From contig JBEKBM010000006.1 of assembly GCA_050015395.1 (NCBI GenBank), positions 1 through 64,000 of the forward strand: a DNA stretch of 64,000 bases, given 5' to 3'. The translations under genes and the position numbers were made by a program. Position 1 is the first letter of the stretch. The number at the start of each line of letters is the position of its first letter. A model generated the notes under the pieces. It saw only the letters and a list, made by a program, of their open reading frames with translations, had not been told where the DNA came from and ran no database searches. The DNA comes from Candidatus Bathyarchaeia archaeon. Its GTDB lineage: Archaea > Thermoproteota > Bathyarchaeia > Bathyarchaeales > Bathycorpusculaceae. Of the stretch, positions 40,447 through 50,230 are shown in pieces.

Positions 40447-40687
40447 TATTCCACAAATATGCTATGGTTTATGTGGTTTCTAAAGGTTTTGTGCTCTAAA
40501 TAAAGATTATATTTTTGACTGAAAAATAGTTTGTAAAGTTGAATTAGACAGGTCATTTTGCCGTACTTAAAACTTTTTTTCCAACCTGCTTGATTTTCTC
40601 ATTTTGAAAACCTGAAAGCCGAGTAAGCGATAAAACCTTGGTTTGAAACTGTGCAATTTTTCATAGAATGTAGCGCAGGGACTGCAC

Positions 40688-40856
40688 ATGAATTCAACTA
40701 ACGAAGACGAGTGCCATCCGAACAGAAACCTCCTTAAAGATCATGTCTGACATCTTGCAGCGCTGCGTTGAACCTAAGTCCCCAACTAGCTTAATATACA
40801 ACGTTAACTTGAGTTACGTATTTAACATCCAAAAACCATCAATTATATGGGGATAG
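40688..40856 (+). pseudogene. Frameshifted, truncated wHTH (HTH_45-like) regulator
   Basis: ...NRNLL / KIMSDILQRCVEPKSPTSLIYNVNLSY across a frameshift at ~40736. Confidence 0.5.
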
Positions 40857-42367
40857 CCGTGGAATCGAAAAGTGATTCACTCATAGCTTACAATGTTTTG
40901 AAGAAGAAAATCATAGACTCGGGCTTTTGCACGGCTTGTGGAGCTTGTGAGGTGGCATGCCCGGTTGGGGCACTGCAGATTGAGGATGATAAGGTTAAAC
41001 GTATACATAATTGTGCAGATGATTTGGATCTCTGTCCAATCTGTTATGCAGTGTGTCCTCACTCTGAGGCCCTTTTGCTAAGAAGCCTACGGGCAGTTTC
41101 GGATGCGCCAATCAAGAATGAAGCAATAGGCTATTACAGAAAAATGCTGCTTGCCCAAGCGGCAGACCCAAAGCTCAGGGAACAATGTAGGGGCGCAGGG
41201 GTTGTAACCGCCCTCTTGACTTACGGCGTCGAAAACAAAATTTTCGACAGCGCCATAGTTTCCCAAGCTGAACTTGGAGACCCAACAAAGACTAAGCCCA
41301 TGGTGGCCGTGGTACCAGATGACATCCTTTCAGCGGTCGGTACGAAGTTCTTTCCCTCAGCAGTCGCCAAGGCTTATGGGACAGCTGTAATGGAATACGG
41401 AAAAACGAAGATCGCCTTTGTCGGCGTACCCTGCCATGTACTTGCCCTCCGTAAGTTGGGAGCATGGCAACACAAGATTAGCGGAAACTTGAAGATAATC
41501 ATAGGTCTCTTCTGTTTTGGTACTTTCTCACTTAAGCCGTTGATGGAATACATAACAAAAACCTACAATATTAAGCCTTCAGACATTAAGCAAATGCGCC
41601 TCTCAAAAAATTTAGTTATCCAGACAGAAAAGGAATCGATAAACATTCCGTTTGAAGAGCTTCAGAGCAAGATTTTGCCCAGCTGCAGAACATGCGTAGA
41701 TTTCACTTCTGAATTTGCGGATATCTCAGTTGGACGCGCTTTCCCGCTCACGGACTGGTCTGTGGTAATCATACGAACCAAAACTGGAGAAGACTTCTTT
41801 TTCGACGCAGCAGAAAAGGGAGTTATCAACTTACGTGCTATCGAAGAGGAGCCAAAAGTGTTTGAGCGTGTGATTGGACCAGCCATAAAGAAACGAACAG
41901 AAGCCCTTCGCGCGGCCGGTAAACTTGAGGAAACCCAAGGTTTTATTCCAGCTCGATTGCTGAGGGAGACGGATTTGCTTGCCCATGTCAAGGTCGAGGA
42001 AATCATGACGAGAAAAGTCCGATCTGTGCCTAGTAACATGACTGTTAGCGAACTTTTGGAGCTGATGGCGGCGGAGCAGCATGGCGGGTACCCCGTGACG
42101 AATGAAAAAAATGAGCTCGTCGGCATTGTAACCATCGAAGAAGTTTCGTTTGTGGATAAAAAGAAGCGAGGCCAGACTTCCGTTGGTGCTATAGCAAGGC
42201 CAAACCTCGATGTGGTCTATCCTGGGGAGACGGCGTTGGATGCATATAAAAAAATGAGCAAACAGGAAACAGGGCGGGTACTCGTTTTGGACCCGGAAAA
42301 TCCGCAACGAGTGATAGGCATAGTAACCAAAGCAGACTTGTTGCACGCCCTGGTGAACCAAGCCTGA
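40847..42367 (+). CDS. FrhB/FdhB-family F420-binding Fe-S flavoprotein fused to a CBS pair
   Basis: CTACGACEVACP, CPICYAVCP, GVVTALL, VGVPCH, IGLFC, CRTCVDFTSEFADISVG, then a CBS pair ending GIVTKADLL. Confidence 0.9.
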   Translation: MGIAVESKSDSLIAYNVLKKKIIDSGFCTACGACEVACPVGALQIEDDKVKRIHNCADDLDLCPICYAVCPHSEALLLRSLRAVSDAPIKNEAIGYYRKMLLAQAADPKLREQCRGAGVVTALLTYGVENKIFDSAIVSQAELGDPTKTKPMVAVVPDDILSAVGTKFFPSAVAKAYGTAVMEYGKTKIAFVGVPCHVLALRKLGAWQHKISGNLKIIIGLFCFGTFSLKPLMEYITKTYNIKPSDIKQMRLSKNLVIQTEKESINIPFEELQSKILPSCRTCVDFTSEFADISVGRAFPLTDWSVVIIRTKTGEDFFFDAAEKGVINLRAIEEEPKVFERVIGPAIKKRTEALRAAGKLEETQGFIPARLLRETDLLAHVKVEEIMTRKVRSVPSNMTVSELLELMAAEQHGGYPVTNEKNELVGIVTIEEVSFVDKKKRGQTSVGAIARPNLDVVYPGETALDAYKKMSKQETGRVLVLDPENPQRVIGIVTKADLLHALVNQA

Positions 42368-42554
42368 AGAGGCAAGCAAAACCCTGAGTCCCGAACCCCG
42401 CTCCACTTCAACCGATTCGCACACGACGTATCCATGGTTCTGGTCTTTCACAGCGCCGCGCCGCGCTCCAATTTTGCTGGTGATTGTACCGTTTGTTTTT
42501 CTAGTTTTGTGAAGCCTACCTTTTTGGCACTGGTAAAGCTATAATTACGAGCGC

Positions 42555-43472
42555 TTAAACACCCATTAACTTCAGCAAAATCGCCTTAGCTGCGTATAGT
42601 CTGTTTTCTGCCTGCTCATAAATAACCGTTTTGGGATTCTCGATTGTTTCTGCGCTTATTTCGTATCCGCGATGAATGGGCATGTCATGCATAATGTATG
42701 CGTTGCTATCTTTGAGCAGTTCAGCGTTGATTTGGTATGGCATCATAAGCTTAATTCGCTTCTCCTTTTCCGCCGCAAACTTTGGGTCAGTGAAGAATTC
42801 CATGTCAATCCACGTGTCTGTATAAACAAAATCTGCATCTTTAACAGCTTTCTTTGCATCTAAGGTTGACTGCCACAACCCAGTTTTCTTTGCCTCAGAT
42901 AGCAACTCATCATCGCGTGCTGCTTCGTTCAAAATCGGTGTAACCGTTGTTAGTTTTAATCCTGTTTTAGTGCAGCTTTCTATTAGCGAGTTGCAAACGT
43001 TATTGTGGACGCCGATGTAGACGAGCTTGGCGTCTTTTAGCGTGCCTTTCTTTTCTTTTATAGTGATTAAATCTGCTAAAGCTTGGCTTGGATGATACTT
43101 CTCGTCGCAACCGTTGATTACTGGAACACGAGAAGCATTAGCCATCTTTATTAAATCAGCGTTATACAGCAACCTAGCCATGATACAGTCAACATTACGG
43201 GACAAATAACGAATTTCATCCGTTATGTCAGCTAACATGAAGTTCGTTGTTCGCCAATCGATAAACAAGCCGTGACCTCCAAGCTGAGTGGCCGCAACCT
43301 CAAAAGCAACCCTTGTCCGTGTGGAGGTTTTCTGGAAAACTAACGCAGCCGACTTGCCCTCAAAGGCTTTACGGTATTTTTTAGGGTTGTGCTTAACTTC
43401 GATGCCTAAATCAACAAGTGCATTAAGATCTTGACTTGATAACTCTTTGAAATTAATCAGATGCATCTTCAC
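42555..43472 (-). CDS. argF: Ornithine carbamoyltransferase
   Basis: STRTR, HPSQALAD, YTDTWIDM, HDMP, EQAENRL. Confidence 0.92.
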   Translation of the reverse strand: MKMHLINFKELSSQDLNALVDLGIEVKHNPKKYRKAFEGKSAALVFQKTSTRTRVAFEVAATQLGGHGLFIDWRTTNFMLADITDEIRYLSRNVDCIMARLLYNADLIKMANASRVPVINGCDEKYHPSQALADLITIKEKKGTLKDAKLVYIGVHNNVCNSLIESCTKTGLKLTTVTPILNEAARDDELLSEAKKTGLWQSTLDAKKAVKDADFVYTDTWIDMEFFTDPKFAAEKEKRIKLMMPYQINAELLKDSNAYIMHDMPIHRGYEISAETIENPKTVIYEQAENRLYAAKAILLKLMGV

Positions 43473-43580
43473 TTTGCCTCCAGTAAACGCTGAACCAAGC
43501 CAGCAATTATAAGCTTTATGGAAAAACCTACTTTTGCAAACTCATTAATTTTAGTTTAATTGTTTAAGTAGTCAAAGATT

Positions 43581-43820
43581 TTATCTAAAACGGACTCGGT
43601 GAAGTTCCAGCCCCCGCCGCATTCTCTCAACCGCCATGTCAACATTATTTGCAAGCTCTTCATCTTTTTCCAAATTCGAATACCAGCGCCAGACTTCATG
43701 CCAGTTACCTTTCGGCGTACTAGCTATTGGAGTATCTATTTTATGCCAATCTTTCGTCATTTTTCGTCCACTACTCTCATTTATCAAACGAACTTTTTCC
43801 CTAGCGATAATTGTCCACAA
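43581..43820 (-). CDS. Hypothetical protein
   Basis: 79-aa ORF filling the argF-dtdA gap; no recognised motif. Confidence 0.45.
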   Translation of the reverse strand: MWTIIAREKVRLINESSGRKMTKDWHKIDTPIASTPKGNWHEVWRWYSNLEKDEELANNVDMAVERMRRGLELHRVRFR

Positions 43821-43898
43821 CAGTTAATAAAAATAATTATAGTTTAAATTATATCAAATGTTAAGCAATTAACAAACATAACTCGTAAGTGTTGAAAA

Positions 43899-44723
43899 AT
43901 GATTCTGGTCGTCCATTCAAGCCGTGATATTGCAGGCGTAAACATAGCCAAGAATTTACTTCAACTCTACCCCTTCGCAAAGACAAAGCAGACTTACCAA
44001 GAAAACCCAATTTATCTGGCTGAAATGTATGGCAAACAGATCAGCTTCATAACGCTTAAAGAAGAAGCGGTCAACGCACAAAACCTCCAAGAAGACTTCC
44101 CAAGCGCCCAGCTGATAGTGTTCATTTCACGTCACAGCAGCCAAAGCGGAATCCCCACCTTATCCGTTCATACCCCGGGAAACTTTGCTGAAGCAGGACT
44201 AGGCGGATTGCCTAGAACAGTCTCAGTTTCACCTGCAACAGCCATGCGTGACGCTTTAAAAACGCTTTTACACTACAAAGGAGAATTAAGCCTCAACTAC
44301 GAAGTGTCATACGAGTGCACTCATCACGGTCCCAGCTTGAATGTGCCAACGATGTTTGTTGAGTTAGGCAGTTCCCCAGCACAATGGAACGATTTAAGGG
44401 CAGCAGAAGCCGTTGCCCACTCCGCAATGTCTGCAATCGCCAACTTCTCAACGCCTGCCAATTCAGCGGTTCTTGGAATAGGCGGAACACACTACAACCA
44501 AAAGTTCACGCGTATGGCTTTGGCTGGCGAAGCCGTTTTCGGCCACATGGTACCTAAATACGCTGTCTCCATGATTGACTCTGAAATATTAGCGCAGTGC
44601 ATCGCGAAAACTTTAGAGAAAGTCTCGTTGGCGATTCTTGATTGGAAAGGAATCAGAAGCCAAGACAAGCCAAAACTATTATCGTCTCTGCAGGATGTTG
44701 GGTTGCCTTTCAAGAAAGTTTAA
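43899..44723 (+). CDS. dtdA: D-aminoacyl-tRNA deacylase (archaeal type)
   Basis: FISRHSS..PTLSVHTPGN, ECTHHGP, FVELGS, GIGGTHY. Confidence 0.93.
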   Translation: MILVVHSSRDIAGVNIAKNLLQLYPFAKTKQTYQENPIYLAEMYGKQISFITLKEEAVNAQNLQEDFPSAQLIVFISRHSSQSGIPTLSVHTPGNFAEAGLGGLPRTVSVSPATAMRDALKTLLHYKGELSLNYEVSYECTHHGPSLNVPTMFVELGSSPAQWNDLRAAEAVAHSAMSAIANFSTPANSAVLGIGGTHYNQKFTRMALAGEAVFGHMVPKYAVSMIDSEILAQCIAKTLEKVSLAILDWKGIRSQDKPKLLSSLQDVGLPFKKV

Positions 44724-44834
44724 CCAAAAAATAGTCAGCCTCGTAAGGAAGCTTTAAAAGTGTTGATAAAGCTAGTTTTTAAACTCTAGGTTACAGTAAC
44801 GTTTATTATTCATAAATGAAATCTTGAGTGTGCG

Positions 44835-45026
44835 ATGAATATGGGAATAAAATCTTGGTTAACGCAAGCAGCAAGAACCTTAAAGCTAGCTGTAAAACCT
44901 GGAAGAGAAGAGCTGTGGCTATCAATAAAAATTAGCCTCTTAGGCATAGGCGCAATTGGTTTAATCGGTTTCGTAATTAAACTATTAGCGTACGCAGTAG
45001 GCGGCGCATCAGGAGCAGCAACTTAA
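44835..45026 (+). CDS. secE: Protein translocase subunit SecE (Sec61 gamma)
   Basis: RTLKLAVKP.REE....KISLLGI..IG.IGF; precedes spt5. Confidence 0.92.
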   Translation: MNMGIKSWLTQAARTLKLAVKPGREELWLSIKISLLGIGAIGLIGFVIKLLAYAVGGASGAAT

Positions 45027-45042
45027 AAGGAATCTTGGGTTT

Positions 45043-45516
45043 ATGGAAAAGAAAGAAGAGCAAACGCAAGCAAAAATTTTCGTTGTCAAAACCACCACTG
45101 GTCAAGAACGGAATGTTGCCAGATTGATTGCTTCAAAAGTGGAAATGAATCACATTCCAATGAAAGCTCTTCTTGTTCCAGACACTCTAAAAGGATACGT
45201 GTTTGTTGAAGCTGACGGGCCACATTTGGTGGAAGAAGCCATCACAGGCTTAAGACACGTACGCTCCAGAATCCCTGGGCTGGTAAGCTTCAATGAGATA
45301 GAACGGTACATTGTCCGAAAACCAGTCATGGAAGACCTCAACGAAGATGATGTCGTCGAAATTACTGGTGGACCTTTCAAAGGTATGCGAGCCAAAATCA
45401 CAAGACTTGACAAGGCAAAAGGCGAAGTTACTCTCGAACTACTTGAGGCAACATTCACTTTGCCAATCACAGTACACTCAGACTATGTAAAACTAGTAGA
45501 AAAAGCAAAAACATAA
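45043..45516 (+). CDS. spt5: Transcription elongation factor Spt5 (NusG)
   Basis: TTTGQE..VA, KGYVFVE, VEITGGPFKG (KOW). Confidence 0.96.
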   Translation: MEKKEEQTQAKIFVVKTTTGQERNVARLIASKVEMNHIPMKALLVPDTLKGYVFVEADGPHLVEEAITGLRHVRSRIPGLVSFNEIERYIVRKPVMEDLNEDDVVEITGGPFKGMRAKITRLDKAKGEVTLELLEATFTLPITVHSDYVKLVEKAKT

Positions 45517-45531
45517 AACAGGCGAAAAAAC

Positions 45532-46020
45532 ATGGGAGAAAAAAAAGTTGTAGAACTGCTCGTAAATGGAGGACAAGCCAATGCAGGTCCACCATTAGGT
45601 CCTGCTCTTGGTCCATTAGGCGTCAATATAATGGCTATCGTCAACAAAATTAACGAGGTTACAAAGGACTATGCTGGAATGAAGGTTCCAGTGAAAATCA
45701 GCGTTGATACTGAGGACAAAACCTTCGATGTGTCCGTTGGCACTCCAACCGCTTCAGCATTAATCGTTGCTGAATTGAAAATAGAGAAGGGTTCAGGAAC
45801 GCCCAACACTGTAAAGGTAGGCAATTTGTCTATGGAGCAGATGGTTCGGATAGCGAAAATTAAGCGACTTGAGCTTTTAGCCCCAACGCTAAAGAAGGCA
45901 ACTAAAGAGATGCTTGGAACCTGCGTCAGTTTAGGTGTCACCGTTGAAGGCAAAGACCCACGTGAAGTGCAAAAAGATATTGATGCTGGCAGCTACGAAC
46001 AGTTATTTGGTAGCGAATAA
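45532..46020 (+). CDS. rpl11: 50S ribosomal protein L11
   Basis: GGQANAGPPLGPALGPLG, GTCVSLGVTVEG. Confidence 0.97.
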   Translation: MGEKKVVELLVNGGQANAGPPLGPALGPLGVNIMAIVNKINEVTKDYAGMKVPVKISVDTEDKTFDVSVGTPTASALIVAELKIEKGSGTPNTVKVGNLSMEQMVRIAKIKRLELLAPTLKKATKEMLGTCVSLGVTVEGKDPREVQKDIDAGSYEQLFGSE

Positions 46021-46060
46021 TGATAAGCGAATATTTTTATAATGGGTTTCCAATCCCTCA

Positions 46061-46729
46061 TTGGCACGAGGCTTAAAAATGCCCCTAGACAACAAGACAA
46101 TTTCAGAAGCAGTTAAACAGGCAAAGGCGAAGTCTGGCGGAAAAAAATTCAACCAGACAGTAGATATAATCTTGGATATTGTAGAGATCGATATGAAGGC
46201 GCCAGAAGGCAAAATCCAAGAAATTGTTGAGCTTCCTCATGCAACCGGAAAGCCGAACAAGATCTGTGTTATTGCTTCTGGAGAATTTGCATTTAAAGCA
46301 AAAAACGCACAAGCTGATCACGTTATAGAACGTTCCGACTTAGACGCGTTATCTGGCAAAAAGAAGGAACTGCGCAAGCTTGCCAGCGAATATGACGTTT
46401 TCATTTCAGAAGCTCCATTAATGCCGCTAGTAGGTAGAATTCTTGGTCCAGTTTTGGGCCCGAGAGGAAAAATGCCTATTCCTGTTCCACCGAACGCTGA
46501 CATTGCAGCCATAATAAATAAGCACCGCAAAACCGTGGTTGTGAGAATGCGCAACCAACCGATTATTCAAGTTTCAATTGGCTCTCAACAGATGAAGGAT
46601 GAAGAACTTGTCGATAACATTATGACGGTTCTTCGTGTTTTAGATGGAAAACTTAAGCGTGGCTTGAAAAACGTAAAGTACGCTTTTATTAAGACATCTA
46701 TGGGTGAGCCGGTAAAAATTAAACCGTAA
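46061..46729 (+). CDS. rpl1: 50S ribosomal protein L1 (start probably 46079)
   Basis: KKFNQTVD, LGPRGKMP, KTSMG. Confidence 0.96.
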   Translation: MARGLKMPLDNKTISEAVKQAKAKSGGKKFNQTVDIILDIVEIDMKAPEGKIQEIVELPHATGKPNKICVIASGEFAFKAKNAQADHVIERSDLDALSGKKKELRKLASEYDVFISEAPLMPLVGRILGPVLGPRGKMPIPVPPNADIAAIINKHRKTVVVRMRNQPIIQVSIGSQQMKDEELVDNIMTVLRVLDGKLKRGLKNVKYAFIKTSMGEPVKIKP

Positions 46730-46744
46730 CAGAGAAGAGAAATC

Positions 46745-47611
46745 ATGCCGTCCCAACAAGTATTAGACGAAAAATCAAGCCAAGTAGACTCAATAAAAGG
46801 CATACTGAAAGAATACAAATCCATCGGTATCGCTAGCCTGCAGAAGGTTCGTGCTTCGCAACTTCAAGAAATTAAGAAAAGTATGGCTGGTAAAGTTTAC
46901 CTTAGAGTTTTAAAGAACACGCTAATGAGACTAGCCATTGAAGAGATGAATCAAGAAGATTTAAAGAAGCTTGAGGAGTATTTGGATGGATCAAACGTTT
47001 ACTTGTTCACAGACCTAAACCCGTTCAAACTGGCGCTGTTGCTGGAACGGGGCAAAGTGAGAACAACCGCCAAGTCAGGTGATATTGCCGCCAACGATGT
47101 GGTTGTTCCAGCTGGTAACACGGGTCAACCTCCAGGTCCATTTATCAGCCAATTAAACGCTGTTGGCTTGCCGACGAGGATTGAGTCTGGCAGCGTGTGG
47201 GTCAGTAAAGACACTTTGGTAGTTCGCAAGGGTGAAGAAATTAACGAGCGCCTTGCCGGTGTACTCTCAAAACTAGGCATTAAAGCAGTTGAACTCAGCA
47301 TATCAATGCGTGCAGTTTTTGACAATGGCTTAATGATTACTGGTGACCAGCTGAAAGTTGACGTTGATGCAACAAGGAAAAGCATTGAGCAAAGCAACCA
47401 AGAAGCCTTCGCACTAGCAATGGGCATCTTTTACCCATCCAAAGAAACAATTAAGCCATTATTGCAGATGGCACACCAAAAGGCTGTTGCATTAGCTGTC
47501 GGCGCTGCAATACCAACCAAAGAGACAATTGGTGACCTGATAAGAAAAGCGAACATGGAAATGACAAGTTTAAGCGGTGCTGTGGAGAAAGCTAAGCCTA
47601 AAGCAGCTTAA
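46745..47611 (+). CDS. rplP0: 50S ribosomal protein L10 (P0)
   Basis: KNTLM, FTDLNPF, VPAGNTGQPPGP, LSKLGIK. Confidence 0.95.
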   Translation: MPSQQVLDEKSSQVDSIKGILKEYKSIGIASLQKVRASQLQEIKKSMAGKVYLRVLKNTLMRLAIEEMNQEDLKKLEEYLDGSNVYLFTDLNPFKLALLLERGKVRTTAKSGDIAANDVVVPAGNTGQPPGPFISQLNAVGLPTRIESGSVWVSKDTLVVRKGEEINERLAGVLSKLGIKAVELSISMRAVFDNGLMITGDQLKVDVDATRKSIEQSNQEAFALAMGIFYPSKETIKPLLQMAHQKAVALAVGAAIPTKETIGDLIRKANMEMTSLSGAVEKAKPKAA

Positions 47612-47641
47612 CCAACCTCTTTTTGAGTTGATTTTTCTAGT

Positions 47642-47663
47642 GCTAATAGTATACCCTATTAGC
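47642..47663. other. Palindromic site GCTAATAG-N6-CTATTAGC (dif-like geometry)
   Basis: Perfect 8-bp inverted repeat with a 6-bp spacer in the intergenic region after rplP0. Confidence 0.4.
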
Positions 47664-48121
47664 TTATTTACTGGCTGCGTTGGATAGAACAAGTCTTGCT
47701 TAGATTTTTCAGTCTGTTCAGTAGTTCCGCAAGTGAGCTTTAGTAACTTGAAAACTTAACGATGCTGTGAAGTGTTCACCCAAGCCTGCCATCGCAGATT
47801 CCTTCAATGGCTAAGAACACTATACTTTACAAGGCATCGCACTTGAAAGTCTCAAACGCTTTAGGCACATGTGACTGTACCGACAAAATGTACCGTCAAA
47901 ACGTATATGCATTTAACCCCCTTGGTGGGTAGTAGCCTACACGTATATTCAACCCTATTGAAAACCACCTCAATAGAAGACCCAACACTCACGGTTACAT
48001 TAAGCAAAACCAATGAAAAATAGACTCTTTTTGCCAAAAAGCACTTACGGATCTACTGCTGTTTTGATAAGGCTTAATAGTTTCTTACGTCGTGTACATT
48101 TCAATAATAACGTGACTTGGC

Positions 48122-49405
48122 ATGGTTGATGTTTGGCTTCCCTACGGAAAAACCGACGTGTGCATCCGAGTTCCAGCCCGAAACCTCCTTGGAACAATCG
48201 AGCCAGCAGAGCGCCAAGGCGCACTGGATGCTAAGGCTGAGGTGGAGCGAGCTCTAAAAGAACCCATTGCCTCAAAGCGTTTAAGCGAAATCGCCAAGCC
48301 CGAGAGCAAAGTGGCTATTGTTGTTGACGATGCTACTAGGAAAGCGCCGAGTGAAGTGATGCTTTTGCCAGTGCTCGCCGAGCTTAATCTAGCTGGCGTA
48401 AAAGATGAGAATGTCATGGTTATTTTTGGTTGCGGAACACACCGAGCGGTTAAGCCTGAGGAAGCGACGGCGTTGCTTGGTGCGGAAGCGCTTAAACGGG
48501 TGAAAACCATCAGCCATGACTGCCGAGCGCAAGATTTAGTGTATGTGGGCACGACTAAGACGCATGGCAACAAAGTTCATGTTAACCGCGTGTTCGCTGA
48601 GGCAGACGTGAAAGTGCTCTTGGGAGATGTTGGCTTCCACTATTATGCTGGTTACGGCGGTGGAAGAAAAAGCGTTTTACCAGCGGTCTGCGGCGAAGAA
48701 ACCATAAAGCAAAATCATGCAATGCTACTTCACGCCAATGCACGAACTGGAGTTCTGGAAGATAATCCCGTGCATCGGGACATGACTGAGGCAGCAAGAT
48801 TAGCCAAAATAGACTTCATAGTAAACGTTGTCGCGAACAAGAAGGGCGAAATCGTAAAAGCCTTCGCTGGGGATTTAGAGCAGGCATTTCTGGAAGCCGT
48901 AAAACTGGTCGACGAAATGTACCGTATAACAGTGGACCGTCGAGCAGACATCATAGTCGTAAGTGCAGGCGGTCATCCAGCGGACATGAATCTGTACCAA
49001 GCTTACAAAGCGCTCGACAATGCGTTGGACGCAGTTAAACGCGGAGGAGTAATAATCCTTGTCGCTGAGTGTCCTGAAGGGCACGGGAACCAAGTGTTTT
49101 ATGATTGGATGACGCGTTTGGGGGATTTGAAAAATGTTGAACATGAAATTAAACGCAACTTTGTTTTGGGCGGTCACAAGGCTTATTACCTTTTAAAAGC
49201 TCTGCAGAACCACCAAATCATATTGGTATCTTCCTTGCCTGATTACTATGCGACGAGCATATTCAAGTTGAAGACAGCTCGAGCCGTAAATGACGCTTTT
49301 GCTGAAGCGTTGAAAATTGCGGGTTCAGCTTCAAGAGTTTGGGCGATGCCTCAGGGCAGCAACACCTTGTCCGTGTTCAAGGCGCCGGAAGAAACAAAGA
49401 CTTAA
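48122..49405 (+). CDS. larA: LarA-family nickel-pincer racemase/epimerase
   Basis: DDATRK.P, GCGTHR, HYYAGYGGGRKSVLP, ECPEGHG, GGHKA. Confidence 0.9.
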   Translation: MVDVWLPYGKTDVCIRVPARNLLGTIEPAERQGALDAKAEVERALKEPIASKRLSEIAKPESKVAIVVDDATRKAPSEVMLLPVLAELNLAGVKDENVMVIFGCGTHRAVKPEEATALLGAEALKRVKTISHDCRAQDLVYVGTTKTHGNKVHVNRVFAEADVKVLLGDVGFHYYAGYGGGRKSVLPAVCGEETIKQNHAMLLHANARTGVLEDNPVHRDMTEAARLAKIDFIVNVVANKKGEIVKAFAGDLEQAFLEAVKLVDEMYRITVDRRADIIVVSAGGHPADMNLYQAYKALDNALDAVKRGGVIILVAECPEGHGNQVFYDWMTRLGDLKNVEHEIKRNFVLGGHKAYYLLKALQNHQIILVSSLPDYYATSIFKLKTARAVNDAFAEALKIAGSASRVWAMPQGSNTLSVFKAPEETKT

Positions 49406-49501
49406 ACAATCTGCGTACGCAAAGCAAGAAAGCAAGAGATTGATGCGTAAAGCGTAACCTTTAAGTTGCAACGGTGAAATTTGGTTTAAGAAGGCGAAAC
49501 A

Positions 49502-49978
49502 ATGCAACAAACCTTCAAGCTCCGCAAATTTGTCCCCGATGATTTACAAAGTGTCATGCAAATCAACCGCGTGTGCCTGCCAGAAAACTATACTGACTTC
49601 TTCTTTATGGACTTGCATCAACGGTTTCCTGAGACCTTTATTGTGGCAGAAGAGAATGGAGCTATTGCAGGTTACACCATGTGCCGTATTGAAGTTGGCT
49701 TATCAAATTATGGTTTCGGCGGCTTGATAAGGAAAGGACACGTCGTATCCATAGCGGTTCTGCCACAGCACAGGCGCAAGGGCGTCGCTCAAGCAGTAAT
49801 CACCAGAGCATTGGAAGGCATGCAATATTACAAGGCTAAACAATGCTTCCTAGAAGTCAGGGTAACAAACGAAGCAGGCGTATCGCTCTACAAGAAGCTA
49901 GGCTTTGAGGTCACCAGAACCATTAACGGGTATTACTCAGATGGCGAAGACGCCTATGTCATGACCAAAAAACTCTAA
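49502..49978 (+). CDS. rimI: N-terminal acetyltransferase (RimI/Ard1)
   Basis: CLPENY, GHVVSIAV..RRKGVA, LEVRVTN, YYSDGEDAY. Confidence 0.93.
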   Translation: MQQTFKLRKFVPDDLQSVMQINRVCLPENYTDFFFMDLHQRFPETFIVAEENGAIAGYTMCRIEVGLSNYGFGGLIRKGHVVSIAVLPQHRRKGVAQAVITRALEGMQYYKAKQCFLEVRVTNEAGVSLYKKLGFEVTRTINGYYSDGEDAYVMTKKL

Positions 49979-50230
49979 AAAAGGCTTATTTTAGCCTTTA
50001 ATTAGCAAAAAAGCCTTTGTTTGGTTTTTTAGCTTTTAATTTCTAATTAATCGCTCAAATAACTTCCAATTGCTCCTCGCCATCTACATAAGAAGCTTAA
50101 GGCAGCACCCACATATGTTCGCCATCACTTTAGGGAAGCTTTTGTATGTGATTCAGAGAAAACAGAAAACATATAATAAGCGAGCAAACGCCAAGATGAT
50201 TATTCAACTATTTATGAACAAGGGGCGGTT

